40,902 bases of DNA from contig JAISGJ010000042.1 of the NCBI GenBank assembly GCA_031263105.1, positions 1 through 40,902 of the forward strand. The letters are read 5' to 3'. The notes beneath the pieces are model-generated. The model saw nothing but the letters and a program-made list of their open reading frames with translations, searched no databases and had not been told where the DNA came from. Position 1 is the stretch's first letter, and each line of letters opens with the position of its first letter. Source of the DNA: Coriobacteriales bacterium. Lineage in GTDB: Bacteria; Actinomycetota; Coriobacteriia; Coriobacteriales; UBA8131. The translations under genes and the position numbers were made by a program. Shown here in pieces: positions 25,818 through 35,350 of the stretch.

Positions 25818-27524
25818 TCACTCCCACTCGATCGTCCCCGGTGGCTTGCTCGTTATGTCGTAGACGACGCGGTTGACGCCTTCGACTTCGGCGACCACAC
25901 GCGAGGAGATGCGGGCGAGGAGGTCGTGGGGGAGCTTGGCCCAGTCGGCGGTCATGGCGTCGCGGGACTCGACGGCGCGAACGATGACGGGGTAGGCGTA
26001 GGTGCGCTCGTCTCCCATGACGCCGACGCTCTTGATGTCGGGCAGCACCGCGAAGTACTGCCACACGCTCCGGTCGCTGTCGCGTATGCCGGTCTGCTCG
26101 TACAGCGCCTGGTTGTAGGCGTCGATCTCCTCGCGCACGACGGCGTCGGCGTTGCGCAGCACCTCCAGGCGCTCCGGCGTGACCTCGCCGATGATGCGCA
26201 CGGCAAGTCCGGGGCCGGGGAAGGGCTGGCGGTGCACGATGTGGTCGGGCAGCCCCAGGGCGGTTCCCAGCGCACGCACCTCGTCCTTGAAGAGGTGGCG
26301 CAAGGGCTCGATGAGCTCAAAGTGCACGCCGTCGGGGAAGGGTATGAGGTTGTGGTGGCTCTTGATGGTGGCGGCCGACTTGGATGCCTTCGCCGAGCCG
26401 CTCTCGATGACGTCGGGGTAGATGGTGCCTTGGGCGAGATAGGAGACCGCAGCGCCGCAGCGCCGTTCGATGCGGGCTGCCTCCTCGAAGAACACGCGCC
26501 AGAACTCGCTGCCGATGATGCGCCGCTTCTGCTCGGGGTCGCTCACGCCCGCCAGGGCCGCCGCATAGCGCGCCTCGGCATGGACGTGCACGAAGTCCAC
26601 GTCGAACTGCCGCGCGAACACCCTCTCGACCTCCTCGGGCTCGCCTTTGCGCAGAAGCCCCGTGTCCACGAAGACACAGGTCACCTGTCTGCCGATGGCA
26701 TGTGCAAGCAAGGCGGCCACGACGCTCGAGTCGACGCCGCCGGAAAGCCCGAGGACGACGCGCCCCTCCCCTACCTGCGCACGCACCTCGGCGGTGGTTC
26801 CCTCGATGATGGAGTCCATCGTCCAGGAGGGCTCAAGGCCTGCGACGTCGAAGAGGAAGCGGCAGAGCATCTGGTTGCCGAACGCGGTATGGTGCACCTC
26901 GGGATGAAACTGGGTCGCATAGAGCCCGCGAGCCCGGTCCTCCATCGCGGCGACGGGGGTCGTCGGCGTCGAAGCCGTGACGGCGAAGCCGGGCGGGGCG
27001 GCGCCCACGCTGTCACGATGGCTCATCCAGACGGTCTGGGTGTCCGGCGTGCCGTCGAGCAGCAGGGAGGAGCCGTCGCAGCGGGTCAGCTCCGCAGGGC
27101 CGTACTCGCCGACGTCCGTCTTGGGAACCGTGCCCCCCAGGGCGGCCGCCATCGCCTGCATGCCGTAGCAGAAGCCGAGCACCGGGACGCCCAGTTCGAG
27201 GAGTCCGGGGTCGAGCGCGGGGGCATCGTCCGCATAGACGCTCGCGGGGCCGCCGGAGAGGATAAGGGCCGCAGGCGGATCGGCCTCAAGCGCCGCGACG
27301 TCGGTGTCGAAGGGCAGTATCTCGGAGTACACCTTGAGGTCGCGCACGCGACGGGCGATGAGCTGCCCGTACTGTGCGCCGAAGTCGATGACGACGACCC
27401 GCCCTTCCCGGGCGCGCCTTCCTGCGTCAGACGGCGCCCCCGTGCATCCCGCCGCGCCCTGCCCTGCCGCCGTGCGCCCCGCTCCGCCCTGCACTGCCGC
27501 CTTCTGCTCCGCTGCCTCCTGCAC
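25818..27524 (-). CDS. guaA: GMP synthase (glutamine-hydrolysing)
   Basis: [68 protein letters not shown] and [16 protein letters not shown] at 27524 preferred (GAGGAG RBS, -10 TATACT at 27562-27567); alternative ATG at 27587. Confidence 0.97.
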   Translation of the reverse strand: MQEAAEQKAAVQGGAGRTAAGQGAAGCTGAPSDAGRRAREGRVVVIDFGAQYGQLIARRVRDLKVYSEILPFDTDVAALEADPPAALILSGGPASVYADDAPALDPGLLELGVPVLGFCYGMQAMAAALGGTVPKTDVGEYGPAELTRCDGSSLLLDGTPDTQTVWMSHRDSVGAAPPGFAVTASTPTTPVAAMEDRARGLYATQFHPEVHHTAFGNQMLCRFLFDVAGLEPSWTMDSIIEGTTAEVRAQVGEGRVVLGLSGGVDSSVVAALLAHAIGRQVTCVFVDTGLLRKGEPEEVERVFARQFDVDFVHVHAEARYAAALAGVSDPEQKRRIIGSEFWRVFFEEAARIERRCGAAVSYLAQGTIYPDVIESGSAKASKSAATIKSHHNLIPFPDGVHFELIEPLRHLFKDEVRALGTALGLPDHIVHRQPFPGPGLAVRIIGEVTPERLEVLRNADAVVREEIDAYNQALYEQTGIRDSDRSVWQYFAVLPDIKSVGVMGDERTYAYPVIVRAVESRDAMTADWAKLPHDLLARISSRVVAEVEGVNRVVYDITSKPPGTIEWE

Positions 27525-27580
27525 TGCCGCTCCTCTCGGGGTCTCTCGAAATGACCTTCCCAGTATACCCAAAAGCGGCA

Positions 27581-27665
27581 CGGGCATCGTGACTGCGGGC
27601 GGCGGCCAAACGGCGGGGCGGCGGGCGCACGGCGGGCGCGAGGGCGGGCATCGTGACTGCGGGCG
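27581..27665 (+). repeat. 21-bp exact direct repeat between fixX and guaA
   Basis: CGGGCATCGTGACTGCGGGCG at 27581-27601 and 27645-27665. Confidence 0.8.
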
Positions 27666-27680
27666 CAGCGGCGCAGCGCC

Positions 27681-27986
27681 TCAGCCGTAGCGGTACTCCA
27701 CGCCCATCGTCGGCTGGGGGTTGCGCCACTCCTTGACGATGCTTCCTGCGCAGGCGATGCGGCAGGTCCCGCACTCCAGGCATCCCGCGAAGTCGAAGAG
27801 CTTCTTCCCCGTGTCGTCCATGCGGTACAGGGCGGCGGGACAGACGCGCACGAGCTTGAGGAACTCCTCGGTGTCCGGGTCGTCGACCAGCACGATATGC
27901 GGGTTGCCCTCGTCCACCTCGTATTTGTTCAGCGAAAGGTAGCCGTCCACGTTGACGGTGACAGGCTCGGTCTCGTTCATGGTCAT
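27681..27986 (-). CDS. fixX: Ferredoxin-like protein FixX
   Basis: NKYEVDEGNPHI, CPAALY, GCLECGTCRIAC and W..P...GVEYRYG. ATGA overlap with fixC. Confidence 0.93.
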   Translation of the reverse strand: MTMNETEPVTVNVDGYLSLNKYEVDEGNPHIVLVDDPDTEEFLKLVRVCPAALYRMDDTGKKLFDFAGCLECGTCRIACAGSIVKEWRNPQPTMGVEYRYG

Positions 27987-29269
27987 AGGGCCTTCATGCC
28001 TCCTCTGACGTCTTTGAGCAGATTGACGATGCCGACCCTTTTTACGAGGGGCATGAGGGAGCGCCTCAAGGGCTGGACCGGCTTTCCGTCGACGATGAAC
28101 AGGGTGTTCATGACGTCGCGCGCCAGCCGGGGATACTCGTCGAACAGGCGCGTCGTGGACTCCATGAAGTGCGGGAAGCGCCTGAACTGCCGCAGGTCCT
28201 TGAGCACGAAGCTCTCTGCCAGTGCATCGACATAGCATCCGAGGCCGGCCTTCGAGGTGTCCCGTGCGTCCAGGGCGGCAGCGACGCTGCGCCCCGCATG
28301 CATCCCGGCCGCCACCGCGTAGTCCATGCCTCGCACCATGTACCCCAGGTTGAGGCACATCATCGCCGAGTCCCCCGCGAGCAGCACCCCCTCGCCGACA
28401 AGGTCGGGCATCGCGTCGAAGCCGCCCTCGGGCACCATGTGGCCGCTGTGCTCCACGACCTTGCCGCCCTTGACGAGCGGCGCCACCACGGGGTGGGCCT
28501 TCAGGTCCTCGAGCATCTGGCAGATGGGGACGTGCGCACGTGCCAGGTCGGAGATGGTCGCGACGAGCCCGAGGGAGACGGAGCCCCGGTTGGTGTACAG
28601 GAAGCCGCCCCCCACATGCCCCTTGGTCGCGTCGCCGACGAACAGCCAGGCGGCGCCGTCGCCCTCGCCGAGCAGGAACCGCTCCTCGATGAGCGAGGGC
28701 GCAAGCTCGATCACCTGTTTGACGCCGACGGCCATGGCCGAGGGCTCGGGACGCGCAAAGCCCACCGCCTGCTCCGTCAGAAGCGAGTTCGCGCCGTCGC
28801 AGAGCAGCACGGCCTCGGCGCTTATCTCGTCCTCCCCGGCGATCACCCCGCAGACCCTGCCGTCCTTGACGAGCAGCCTCTCCACGGCGATGCCGCAGAT
28901 GTACTCGGCACCGGCCGCCTCGGCCTGCGCGGCCAGCCATTGGTCGAACGGGCCGCGAAGCACCGAGTACGAGGCCTGGCCCTCCTGCGTCATCTGCGAG
29001 GATCCGAAGCCTACCGTGAGGCCGGCGTCGGGGGTGATCATCGAGATGCCCTCGCGGACGATGCGGCGCTCGAGCGGTGCCGTGCCCTCGAAGTCGGGGA
29101 ACACCTCCCGCAGCGAATGGGAGTATATCCTGCCGCCGGTCATGTTCTTGGCACCGGCATACGTGCCGCGCTCGATGACCAGGACGCTCTTCTCGGCCTT
29201 GGCGAGCTCGTGGGCCGCCACGGGGCCGGCACAACCGGAACCCACCACTATCGCATCGAAATCAGCCAT
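27983..29269 (-). CDS. fixC: FixC-type FAD-dependent ETF:quinone oxidoreductase
   Basis: FDAIVVGSGCAG, ERGTYAGAKNMTGGRIY, GGGFLYTN, HMVPEGG and GDSAMMCLNLGYMVRGMDYA. ATG at 29269 with a GAAAGG RBS. Confidence 0.93.
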   Translation of the reverse strand: MADFDAIVVGSGCAGPVAAHELAKAEKSVLVIERGTYAGAKNMTGGRIYSHSLREVFPDFEGTAPLERRIVREGISMITPDAGLTVGFGSSQMTQEGQASYSVLRGPFDQWLAAQAEAAGAEYICGIAVERLLVKDGRVCGVIAGEDEISAEAVLLCDGANSLLTEQAVGFARPEPSAMAVGVKQVIELAPSLIEERFLLGEGDGAAWLFVGDATKGHVGGGFLYTNRGSVSLGLVATISDLARAHVPICQMLEDLKAHPVVAPLVKGGKVVEHSGHMVPEGGFDAMPDLVGEGVLLAGDSAMMCLNLGYMVRGMDYAVAAGMHAGRSVAAALDARDTSKAGLGCYVDALAESFVLKDLRQFRRFPHFMESTTRLFDEYPRLARDVMNTLFIVDGKPVQPLRRSLMPLVKRVGIVNLLKDVRGGMKAL

Positions 29270-29270
29270 G

Positions 29271-30986
29271 TCACACACCTTTCAACGGGGCAGGCTCGAC
29301 CGCCTCCAAGGCCGCCCCTGCGGGCGCCTCTGCTGCCGCCTTTGCGGCCGCCTCTGCAGCCGCCTCTGCAGCCGCCTCTGCAGCCGCCTCTGCGGGCGGC
29401 CCTGCGGCCGGCTCGAACATCCCGAGGACGTCCTGCTGCCGCAGCCGTGCCTTCTGTGTCTTTCCTATGCTGTTGGTCGGAAGCTCGTCCATGAAGAGCC
29501 AGCGCCTCGGCTTCTTGTAGCCCGCAAGGCGATGCCTGCACCATTCGAGCATCCGCTCGCTCGTCAGCCCGCTCCCAAGGCGGGGCACGACAGCCGCGCC
29601 TATCGTCTCCTCGTAATAGTCGTCGGGAATCCCTATCACCGCGCAGTCGCAGACGTCGGGGTGTTCGAGCAGGGCCTGCTCTATCTCCTGGGCGTAGACG
29701 TTCTCGCCGCCGCTCCTGATGATGTCCTGGCTGCGCCCGACGAAGTAGTAGTGCCCGTCGGCGTCCTTGCGCAGCCAGTCCCCTGTGGCGAACCATCCGT
29801 CCGCAGACGGCCGCACCGTCCCCTCCCTGCCGTCCTCGTCGCCCAGGTAGCCCTTGAACACCATCGGGGAGCGGACAAGCGCCTCGCCCGTCTCGCCCGG
29901 GCCCACCTCGTGCCCGTCGGCATCGACCAGGCGTATCTCGAACAGGCTGTTGACGGTCCCCACGCTCTCGACCAGCCCCGGGTCCTCTGCGAGGGCGGCA
30001 CGTGTGACGGCCTCCCCGGTCGCCGAGCATATCTCGGTCGACCCCCAGGAGACACGCAGGGAGGCATGGGGGAACAGGGAGAAGATCGTCTCCGTGTACG
30101 GCAGGGAGCACCTCCCCGCAGAGGCCTGCGCCTCGCACACGCTGCCGAGGTCGAAGGACTCCCAGCCCTCATGGGCGATCAGGCGGCTGTAGACGACGGG
30201 CGGCACCATCAGCACCTCGGTCGCCCGATAGCGCTCGATGAGCCCCAGCACCAGCGCGGGGTCGAGCCTGTCCGCAAGGACCAGGGAGCCGGCAAGGGCC
30301 GCCATCTTGAGCACGCAAAGCAGCCCTGCGGCATGGTAGAGGGCCGAGGAGGTCAGCATGACCTCGTGGGGGCGCCGGTTCCCGTTCTCGATGGCGAGGA
30401 CCATCGCCTGGTCCCGGAGCATGCGCTGCGTCCTGACGACGCCCTTCGAATGCCCCGTCGTCCCGCTGGTGAAGAGGATGAGCGCCTCGTCGTCCTCCGC
30501 AAGGTCCGCCTGCGCCTCGTGCATGCCGCCAAGGGACATGACCGTCTCCCAGTCCACGCAGCGGCAGGCGGGGCGTCCCGGCAGGGCATGGCGGGCGATG
30601 CACGTCGTCACCGCCCCGTGCAGGCGGATGAGCTCCAAGGCCTTGTCGAGGTATGCGTCGCCGCACAGGAGCGTGTCGCATGCGGCGATGTGCATGGCCC
30701 GGGCGAGCTCACGGGGAAGCAGGCGCGTGTTGAGGGGGAGCAGCGCCGCCCCCAGCTTCTGGCAGGCATACCAGAGCACGACCCAGTCGGTGCAGTTCTG
30801 CCAGTACGCGGCGACGCGCCTGCCCTTGCCGATGCCGAGGGCCCTCATGCCGTTGGCAAGCCGGTTGCTCTGCTCGTTCAACTCGCGCCAGGTGAGCGCC
30901 GCGTCCTTGCAGGCGACCGCGAGCCTGTCAGGGAAGCACTGCGCGTTCCTGATAAGGAAGTAACCAAACTGAAACACATTCACCAT
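29271..30986 (-). CDS. Acyl-CoA ligase (class I adenylate-forming enzyme)
   Basis: FTSGTTGHSKG, WGSTE, FATGD, GRSQDIIRSGGENVY and NSIGKTQK; C-terminal (AEAA)n tail; AGGAGG RBS. Confidence 0.9.
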   Translation of the reverse strand: MVNVFQFGYFLIRNAQCFPDRLAVACKDAALTWRELNEQSNRLANGMRALGIGKGRRVAAYWQNCTDWVVLWYACQKLGAALLPLNTRLLPRELARAMHIAACDTLLCGDAYLDKALELIRLHGAVTTCIARHALPGRPACRCVDWETVMSLGGMHEAQADLAEDDEALILFTSGTTGHSKGVVRTQRMLRDQAMVLAIENGNRRPHEVMLTSSALYHAAGLLCVLKMAALAGSLVLADRLDPALVLGLIERYRATEVLMVPPVVYSRLIAHEGWESFDLGSVCEAQASAGRCSLPYTETIFSLFPHASLRVSWGSTEICSATGEAVTRAALAEDPGLVESVGTVNSLFEIRLVDADGHEVGPGETGEALVRSPMVFKGYLGDEDGREGTVRPSADGWFATGDWLRKDADGHYYFVGRSQDIIRSGGENVYAQEIEQALLEHPDVCDCAVIGIPDDYYEETIGAAVVPRLGSGLTSERMLEWCRHRLAGYKKPRRWLFMDELPTNSIGKTQKARLRQQDVLGMFEPAAGPPAEAAAEAAAEAAAEAAAKAAAEAPAGAALEAVEPAPLKGV

Positions 30987-31152
30987 CCTCCTGAAGGCAC
31001 GGGGGAAGCGTGGGAGAAGTGCGGGCGGGACGGGTGGCGCCGCCGCCCCGCCTGCCCGGGCGGGGCGGGTGGGGCGGCGGCCCGGGCTGCGCGCGGCCCA
31101 CGGGCGGCGCGCAGCCCGCAGGCGGCACGCGGCACGCAGGCGGCACGCGGCC

Positions 31153-32559
31153 TCAGATCGACCAGATGCCCATGAGGTTCCAGACGAAGTACGCCACGTA
31201 CATGCCGGCCAGTGCGATCACGCAGTAGACGGCGCAGTAGGCAGTCGTGGCCTTCTCGGTGACCCAGCCGGTGCCGGCGCCGTGCAGAGCGGTCAGGTAG
31301 ACCGAGCTCTGATAGGGCAGGAACCAGCCCACGACGAAGGCGTTGAGGACGAAGCCGATGACCCAGGGGTTGATGCCTGCGGCAATGGCAAGCGGGAAGA
31401 GGAAGGCCGTGAACACCGAGAGGTAGCCTATCTCGGAAAGGATGAGGAAGCGGACCGCAAGGGTCATGAGCGCAAGCACCGGTATCAGCAGGAAGGGGTT
31501 GCCGAAGAACGCCTCGGTGTAGGGGCCGACGGTGTTGACGAGCCAGTCGGTGATGCCCACGGACGGGAGCACCTTCGAAAGGCTGACGGCGCAGCCGATG
31601 AAGATGAGCGTCTCCCACGCGACCGCCGTGCGCCATTTCGCTGCAGGCAGGATGCCGAAGACGAGCGAGGCGACGAGCGCGAACAGCGCGACGGCGTACT
31701 CGGGGATGCCCAGCTGGCTCTTGAGGACCCACAGCAGGACGGTCAGGCCCATGATGATGCCCATGAGCTTCTCGTTCTTGCTCCACGCGCCGAGCTCGCT
31801 CAGGCGCTGGTCGAGAAAGCCGACGTCCGTCTTGGTCTTGACCTTGGGGCGGTACCTCATGCTGATATAGAGGAAGTTGCCCACGAAGACGAACAGGAGC
31901 CAGGGCAGCGCGCACATCGCCCAATAGAGCATGGTGTACTGGGCCTGTATCTCGGGGCTGAACATGCCGACCAGCGCCGCCGTGGTCACCGACGCGCTGA
32001 TGAACATCACCGGCGAGAAGCAGATGGCGGAGTAGTACGAGAGGAAGAACCCGGTCGCCTCCCTCCCCTCGTTCTTGTAGCCCATGGCCTCGCTCATGCC
32101 TCGGACCAACGGCGAGAGGATCGAGCACTTCGCCGCCTTGCTGGGAATGACGGGGGAGGTGACCGTGGTCACCGCCAAAAGGCCCAGCACCTGCCCCGAG
32201 AAGCTCTTGGGGAACAGGCGCAGGAGGATGATGGAGATGCGTTCGAGCAGCCCGCACTCCTTGATCGCCGCGCCCAGTGCGAAGGCCGCGACCAGCAGCC
32301 AGTAGGTGGTGTCCGCGAAGGCGCTGAACGAGTCGGTTATCTTCACCTGGGCCGCAACGATGAAGAGGGTGCTCATGAGGAGGGCGATGGCGGCCTCGTG
32401 GAAGGCGCGGCCCGCCCACAGGACGACCGCGGCCGCGAGGATTCCCAGAACCCTCATGCTCGAGACCTCCAGGCCCGAGGGCGGAGGGACGAGGGCGATG
32501 CCCACGCCCACGAGGACCGCCACGATGATACAGACGAGTCTGCCTTTGGTGAGTTTCAT
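31153..32559 (-). CDS. DASS/SLC13-family anion (di/tricarboxylate) transporter
   Basis: Many TM helices; PPPSGLEVSSMRVLGI, FSAFADTTYWL, AAIKECGLLERI, IPSKAAK, WSKNEK and VAWETLIFIG are typical of CitT/TtdT-like carriers. AAGGAG RBS. Confidence 0.87.
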   Translation of the reverse strand: MKLTKGRLVCIIVAVLVGVGIALVPPPSGLEVSSMRVLGILAAAVVLWAGRAFHEAAIALLMSTLFIVAAQVKITDSFSAFADTTYWLLVAAFALGAAIKECGLLERISIILLRLFPKSFSGQVLGLLAVTTVTSPVIPSKAAKCSILSPLVRGMSEAMGYKNEGREATGFFLSYYSAICFSPVMFISASVTTAALVGMFSPEIQAQYTMLYWAMCALPWLLFVFVGNFLYISMRYRPKVKTKTDVGFLDQRLSELGAWSKNEKLMGIIMGLTVLLWVLKSQLGIPEYAVALFALVASLVFGILPAAKWRTAVAWETLIFIGCAVSLSKVLPSVGITDWLVNTVGPYTEAFFGNPFLLIPVLALMTLAVRFLILSEIGYLSVFTAFLFPLAIAAGINPWVIGFVLNAFVVGWFLPYQSSVYLTALHGAGTGWVTEKATTAYCAVYCVIALAGMYVAYFVWNLMGIWSI

Positions 32560-32634
32560 GTTCGACTCCTTTGAAACGAAACGAAGGGCTCATGCCGACG
32601 GCCGCCGACGGCTGTCAGCGGCTGCTGGCAGCTG

Positions 32635-33771
32635 TCAGCGGCGCTCCCTCTGCAGGGCCTTGAAGATGATGTTCCTCTGTATCTCGCTGGTCCCCTCGCC
32701 GGTTATGATCACGCAGGCGTCCTCGTAGTAGCGGGAGAGCCCGAAGTCCTTGAGCAGGCCCATGCCGCCGCAGAGCTCCATGGCGCGCTGGCAGACCTGC
32801 TGCGCCATCAGGGTGCTGTTCAGCTTGGCGATGGAGCCGCCCTTGCCGATGGAGTGCCCCGCGTCGAGCTCGGAGACCAGATGCATCAGGTACCCCTTGT
32901 TGACCTGGATCGAGCTGTACATGTCCGCGAAATAATGCTGGAGCGCCTGGAAGTCGGTGAGGTGCCTGCCGAAGGCCTCGCGCTCGGACGCATACTCCCA
33001 GGCCTTCTCGAAGGCCCCTTCGGCGTACCCGACGGCACGGGCGGCGATGACGAGGCGTGCCCCGTCCAAGGTGCTGAGCGAGATGTGCAGGCCCTTGTTG
33101 ACGGTCCCGCACAGGCTCCATCGCGGCACGCGGCAGTCCTTGAAGTAGACGTCGCCCGTGTCCGAGCCGCACCAGCCGAACTTGTCGTAGTGGGCCCCGT
33201 AGCTGACGCCGGGGGCGTTCGCGTCCACAAGGAACACGCTGATGCCGGGATTCCCCTCCTCGTCGACGGTCTTGGCACTGACCTGCCAGCTGCCGACGGC
33301 GCAGCGGTACGAGATGAAGCTCTTGGTGCCGTTGATGACCCACTCGTCCCCGTCGAGGACGGCGGTCGCCTGGATGGCCTTCGAGTCGGAGCCGGCGGAC
33401 GGCTCGGTATAGGCCATGCCCATGAAGCGCCCCTCCTCGACGATGCGCGGGAGGAAGACCTCCTTTTGCCGCTCGTTGGCGAAGCTCAGCAGCTTGTTGG
33501 CGTTGTTCGAGCAGTTCAGCAGCGAGCCCAGGGTGTTGTTCACCTGGCAGCCCCGGATGATGAGCAGGAGCAGCGTGGTCATGCTCTCGCCGAAGCCTCC
33601 CTGCTCCTCGGGGGCGACCAGCCGGGTGAAGCCCAGCTCCGCAAGTCGCTGCTGCATCCATACGGGGTACTCGTCCTGCACATCGAGCTCCTTGATGCGC
33701 GGCTGCACCTCCTGCTCTATGAACTCGTCGAGTATCTTGAGGTACATCTCTTGGTTCTCCGTCAGTTCCAT
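32635..33771 (-). CDS. Acyl-CoA dehydrogenase/enoyl-CoA reductase
   Basis: AYTEPSAGSD, WVINGTKSFIS, KFGW.GSDTG, LDGAR, REAFGR, FQALQH, MELCGGMG and ITGEGTSEIQR. Confidence 0.94.
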   Translation of the reverse strand: MELTENQEMYLKILDEFIEQEVQPRIKELDVQDEYPVWMQQRLAELGFTRLVAPEEQGGFGESMTTLLLLIIRGCQVNNTLGSLLNCSNNANKLLSFANERQKEVFLPRIVEEGRFMGMAYTEPSAGSDSKAIQATAVLDGDEWVINGTKSFISYRCAVGSWQVSAKTVDEEGNPGISVFLVDANAPGVSYGAHYDKFGWCGSDTGDVYFKDCRVPRWSLCGTVNKGLHISLSTLDGARLVIAARAVGYAEGAFEKAWEYASEREAFGRHLTDFQALQHYFADMYSSIQVNKGYLMHLVSELDAGHSIGKGGSIAKLNSTLMAQQVCQRAMELCGGMGLLKDFGLSRYYEDACVIITGEGTSEIQRNIIFKALQRERR

Positions 33772-33892
33772 GACGTGTTCCTTTCTCCTGTGTTCCCCGG
33801 CCTTCCGTGCGGCCCAGGGGGGGGGGGGGGGGGTCTATGGCCGGGCGCTCCGTGGCCGGGGGCTTGATGGCCGGGCGCCCGGTGGCCGGGCG

Positions 33893-35158
33893 CTACTTGG
33901 ATACGAGCGACGCGGCGACCGCGCCGCATTCCTTGAGGGCGGCGATGCGCTCCTCGTTGTAGCCCAGCAGCTCCCGCAGGACCAGGTCGCTCTCCTGGCC
34001 GAGCAGGGGGGCGGGCTTGTAGGCCTCGCAGGGAGTGCCGAGGAACTTGGGGACGGTGGCGATGTCGATGAAGTCCTCGCCCGAGGTCAGGTCCCTTATC
34101 TTGACGAAGTCGTTGCGCGACTGCCAGTGCGGGTTCCTGTAGGCGTCCTCGGCGTTGTTGATCTTCGAGGTAGGGATGCCCAGCCGCCTGAACTCGGCCT
34201 CCACCTCGGCGGCCGTGTGCGTGGAGAGGTAGGCCGTCCAGATGACGTCCATCTTCTCGACCTTCTCCGGGTCGTCCTGCCCGCAGGTGTCCATGTAGGG
34301 GAACTCCACCTCGCCGTCCACGCCCATCAGGTCGCAGAACTTCTTCCAGATGCCGAGGCCCCAGACGCCGACAGCGACCCATTGCCCGTCGCTGCACTCG
34401 TAGTAGCCGAAGGGGCGCCACAGCTGGTTCAGGGGGCCCGAGCGCTCGTACAGCCCCTCGCCGTTGAGCTGCGAGCACCAGTGGTAGACCATCAGGTAGG
34501 CCGCGCTCTCGTACATCGAGACGTCCACGACCTGGCCTTTGCCGGTGCGCTGGACGTTTATGTAGGCGGCGAGGGCAGCGACGGCTGCCTGGTGGGCGGT
34601 CACGCTGTCGCAGACGATGGGATTGGCCGTCAGATAGGGGCCGTCGGGCATGCCCTGCATGGCCGCGAGGCCGCTGAAGGCCTGGGCGACAGGGTCCACG
34701 CAGGGATTGCCCAGAAGCTCGGGCGACCCGCCGCTCTCAGGCAGGCCGAAGCCGGTGACATGGACGATGACGAGCCGGGGGTTGCTGCCCATGGCCAGCT
34801 CGTCGGTGGCCCCGTGCTTGCCGATGTTGGGCACGCTGTTTATCCAGATGTCGCATTCCTTGACCAGGTCGCAGAACACCTGCCGTGACTCGGGGGACAC
34901 GTCGAAGTTCATGTTGAACTCGAAGCTGTTCATGTTGCGGCCCAGGCTTATCCATTTGGGCACCGAGCCGGCCTCGTTGACCCTGCGGCCGATACGGGAG
35001 GTGTCCCCCCTGCCCGGGACCTCGATCTTGATGATCTCGGCCCCCATGTCACCGAGCCAGCGTGCGGCGAAGGGGCCGGCGAACGCCATCCCGGTCAGCA
35101 TGACGCGCATGCCTTGCAGGGGCCCTCCTTGCCCTTCGGTGATCGAATTCCGTTCCAT
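33893..35158 (-). CDS. Family III (CaiB/BaiF) CoA-transferase
   Basis: GPLQGMRV...AGPFAARWLGDMGAEIIKIE.PGRGD, GFG, AQAFSG, catalytic-Asp region VCDSVTA, GKGQVVDVSM and APLLGQ. ATG at 35158 with a GAAAGGAAGG RBS. Confidence 0.93.
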   Translation of the reverse strand: MERNSITEGQGGPLQGMRVMLTGMAFAGPFAARWLGDMGAEIIKIEVPGRGDTSRIGRRVNEAGSVPKWISLGRNMNSFEFNMNFDVSPESRQVFCDLVKECDIWINSVPNIGKHGATDELAMGSNPRLVIVHVTGFGLPESGGSPELLGNPCVDPVAQAFSGLAAMQGMPDGPYLTANPIVCDSVTAHQAAVAALAAYINVQRTGKGQVVDVSMYESAAYLMVYHWCSQLNGEGLYERSGPLNQLWRPFGYYECSDGQWVAVGVWGLGIWKKFCDLMGVDGEVEFPYMDTCGQDDPEKVEKMDVIWTAYLSTHTAAEVEAEFRRLGIPTSKINNAEDAYRNPHWQSRNDFVKIRDLTSGEDFIDIATVPKFLGTPCEAYKPAPLLGQESDLVLRELLGYNEERIAALKECGAVAASLVSK

Positions 35159-35246
35159 GGCCTTACCTTCCTTTCGTTCGTTGTGCGCGCCCGCCTTGTA
35201 GGGGCGCGCCCTCGAAGGGACGCGGGGTGCGGGGCCTTCCCGTGCA

Positions 35247-35280
35247 CCCTCCCCTGCGGCGGCCCCACCGCAGGGGAGGG
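35247..35280. other. Intercistronic perfect 13-bp stem-loop between the etfA and CoA-transferase genes
   Basis: CCCTCCCCTGCGG-8 nt-CCGCAGGGGAGGG, with no U-tract. It is next to 9-bp tandem repeats at 35301-35350. Confidence 0.6.
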
Positions 35281-35350
35281 CGCTCGGGCGGCGGGCCCTT
35301 GGCGACCCCGGCGTCCCTGGCATCCCTGGCGTCTCTGGCGTCTCTGGCGT

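Noticed and set aside
27681..29234. 517-aa ORF as a FixC-FixX fusion or frameshift
   Set aside because: Only the last 101 aa are FixX, starting at an ATGA overlap with the fixC stop. fixC is intact in another frame.
28326..31175. 949-aa plus-strand ORF and other long antisense ORFs (e.g. 15548-17485, 22297-24360, 25926-27554, 7975-9552)
   Set aside because: These are shadow ORFs opposite well-supported genes, expected in high-GC DNA with few stop codons, and they have no recognisable motifs.
29271..35158. Naming the genes caiA, caiB and caiC (carnitine pathway)
   Set aside because: There is no CaiT/BCCT transporter or CaiD hydratase, the transporters are SLC13/DASS type, and the ACAD catalytic segment differs from CaiA. 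The family is supported but the substrate is not.
35198..35225. Additional GTAG REP (GTAGGGGCGCGCCCTCG)
   Set aside because: It has a GTAG foot but only a short hairpin and no partner copy, which is too weak to call.
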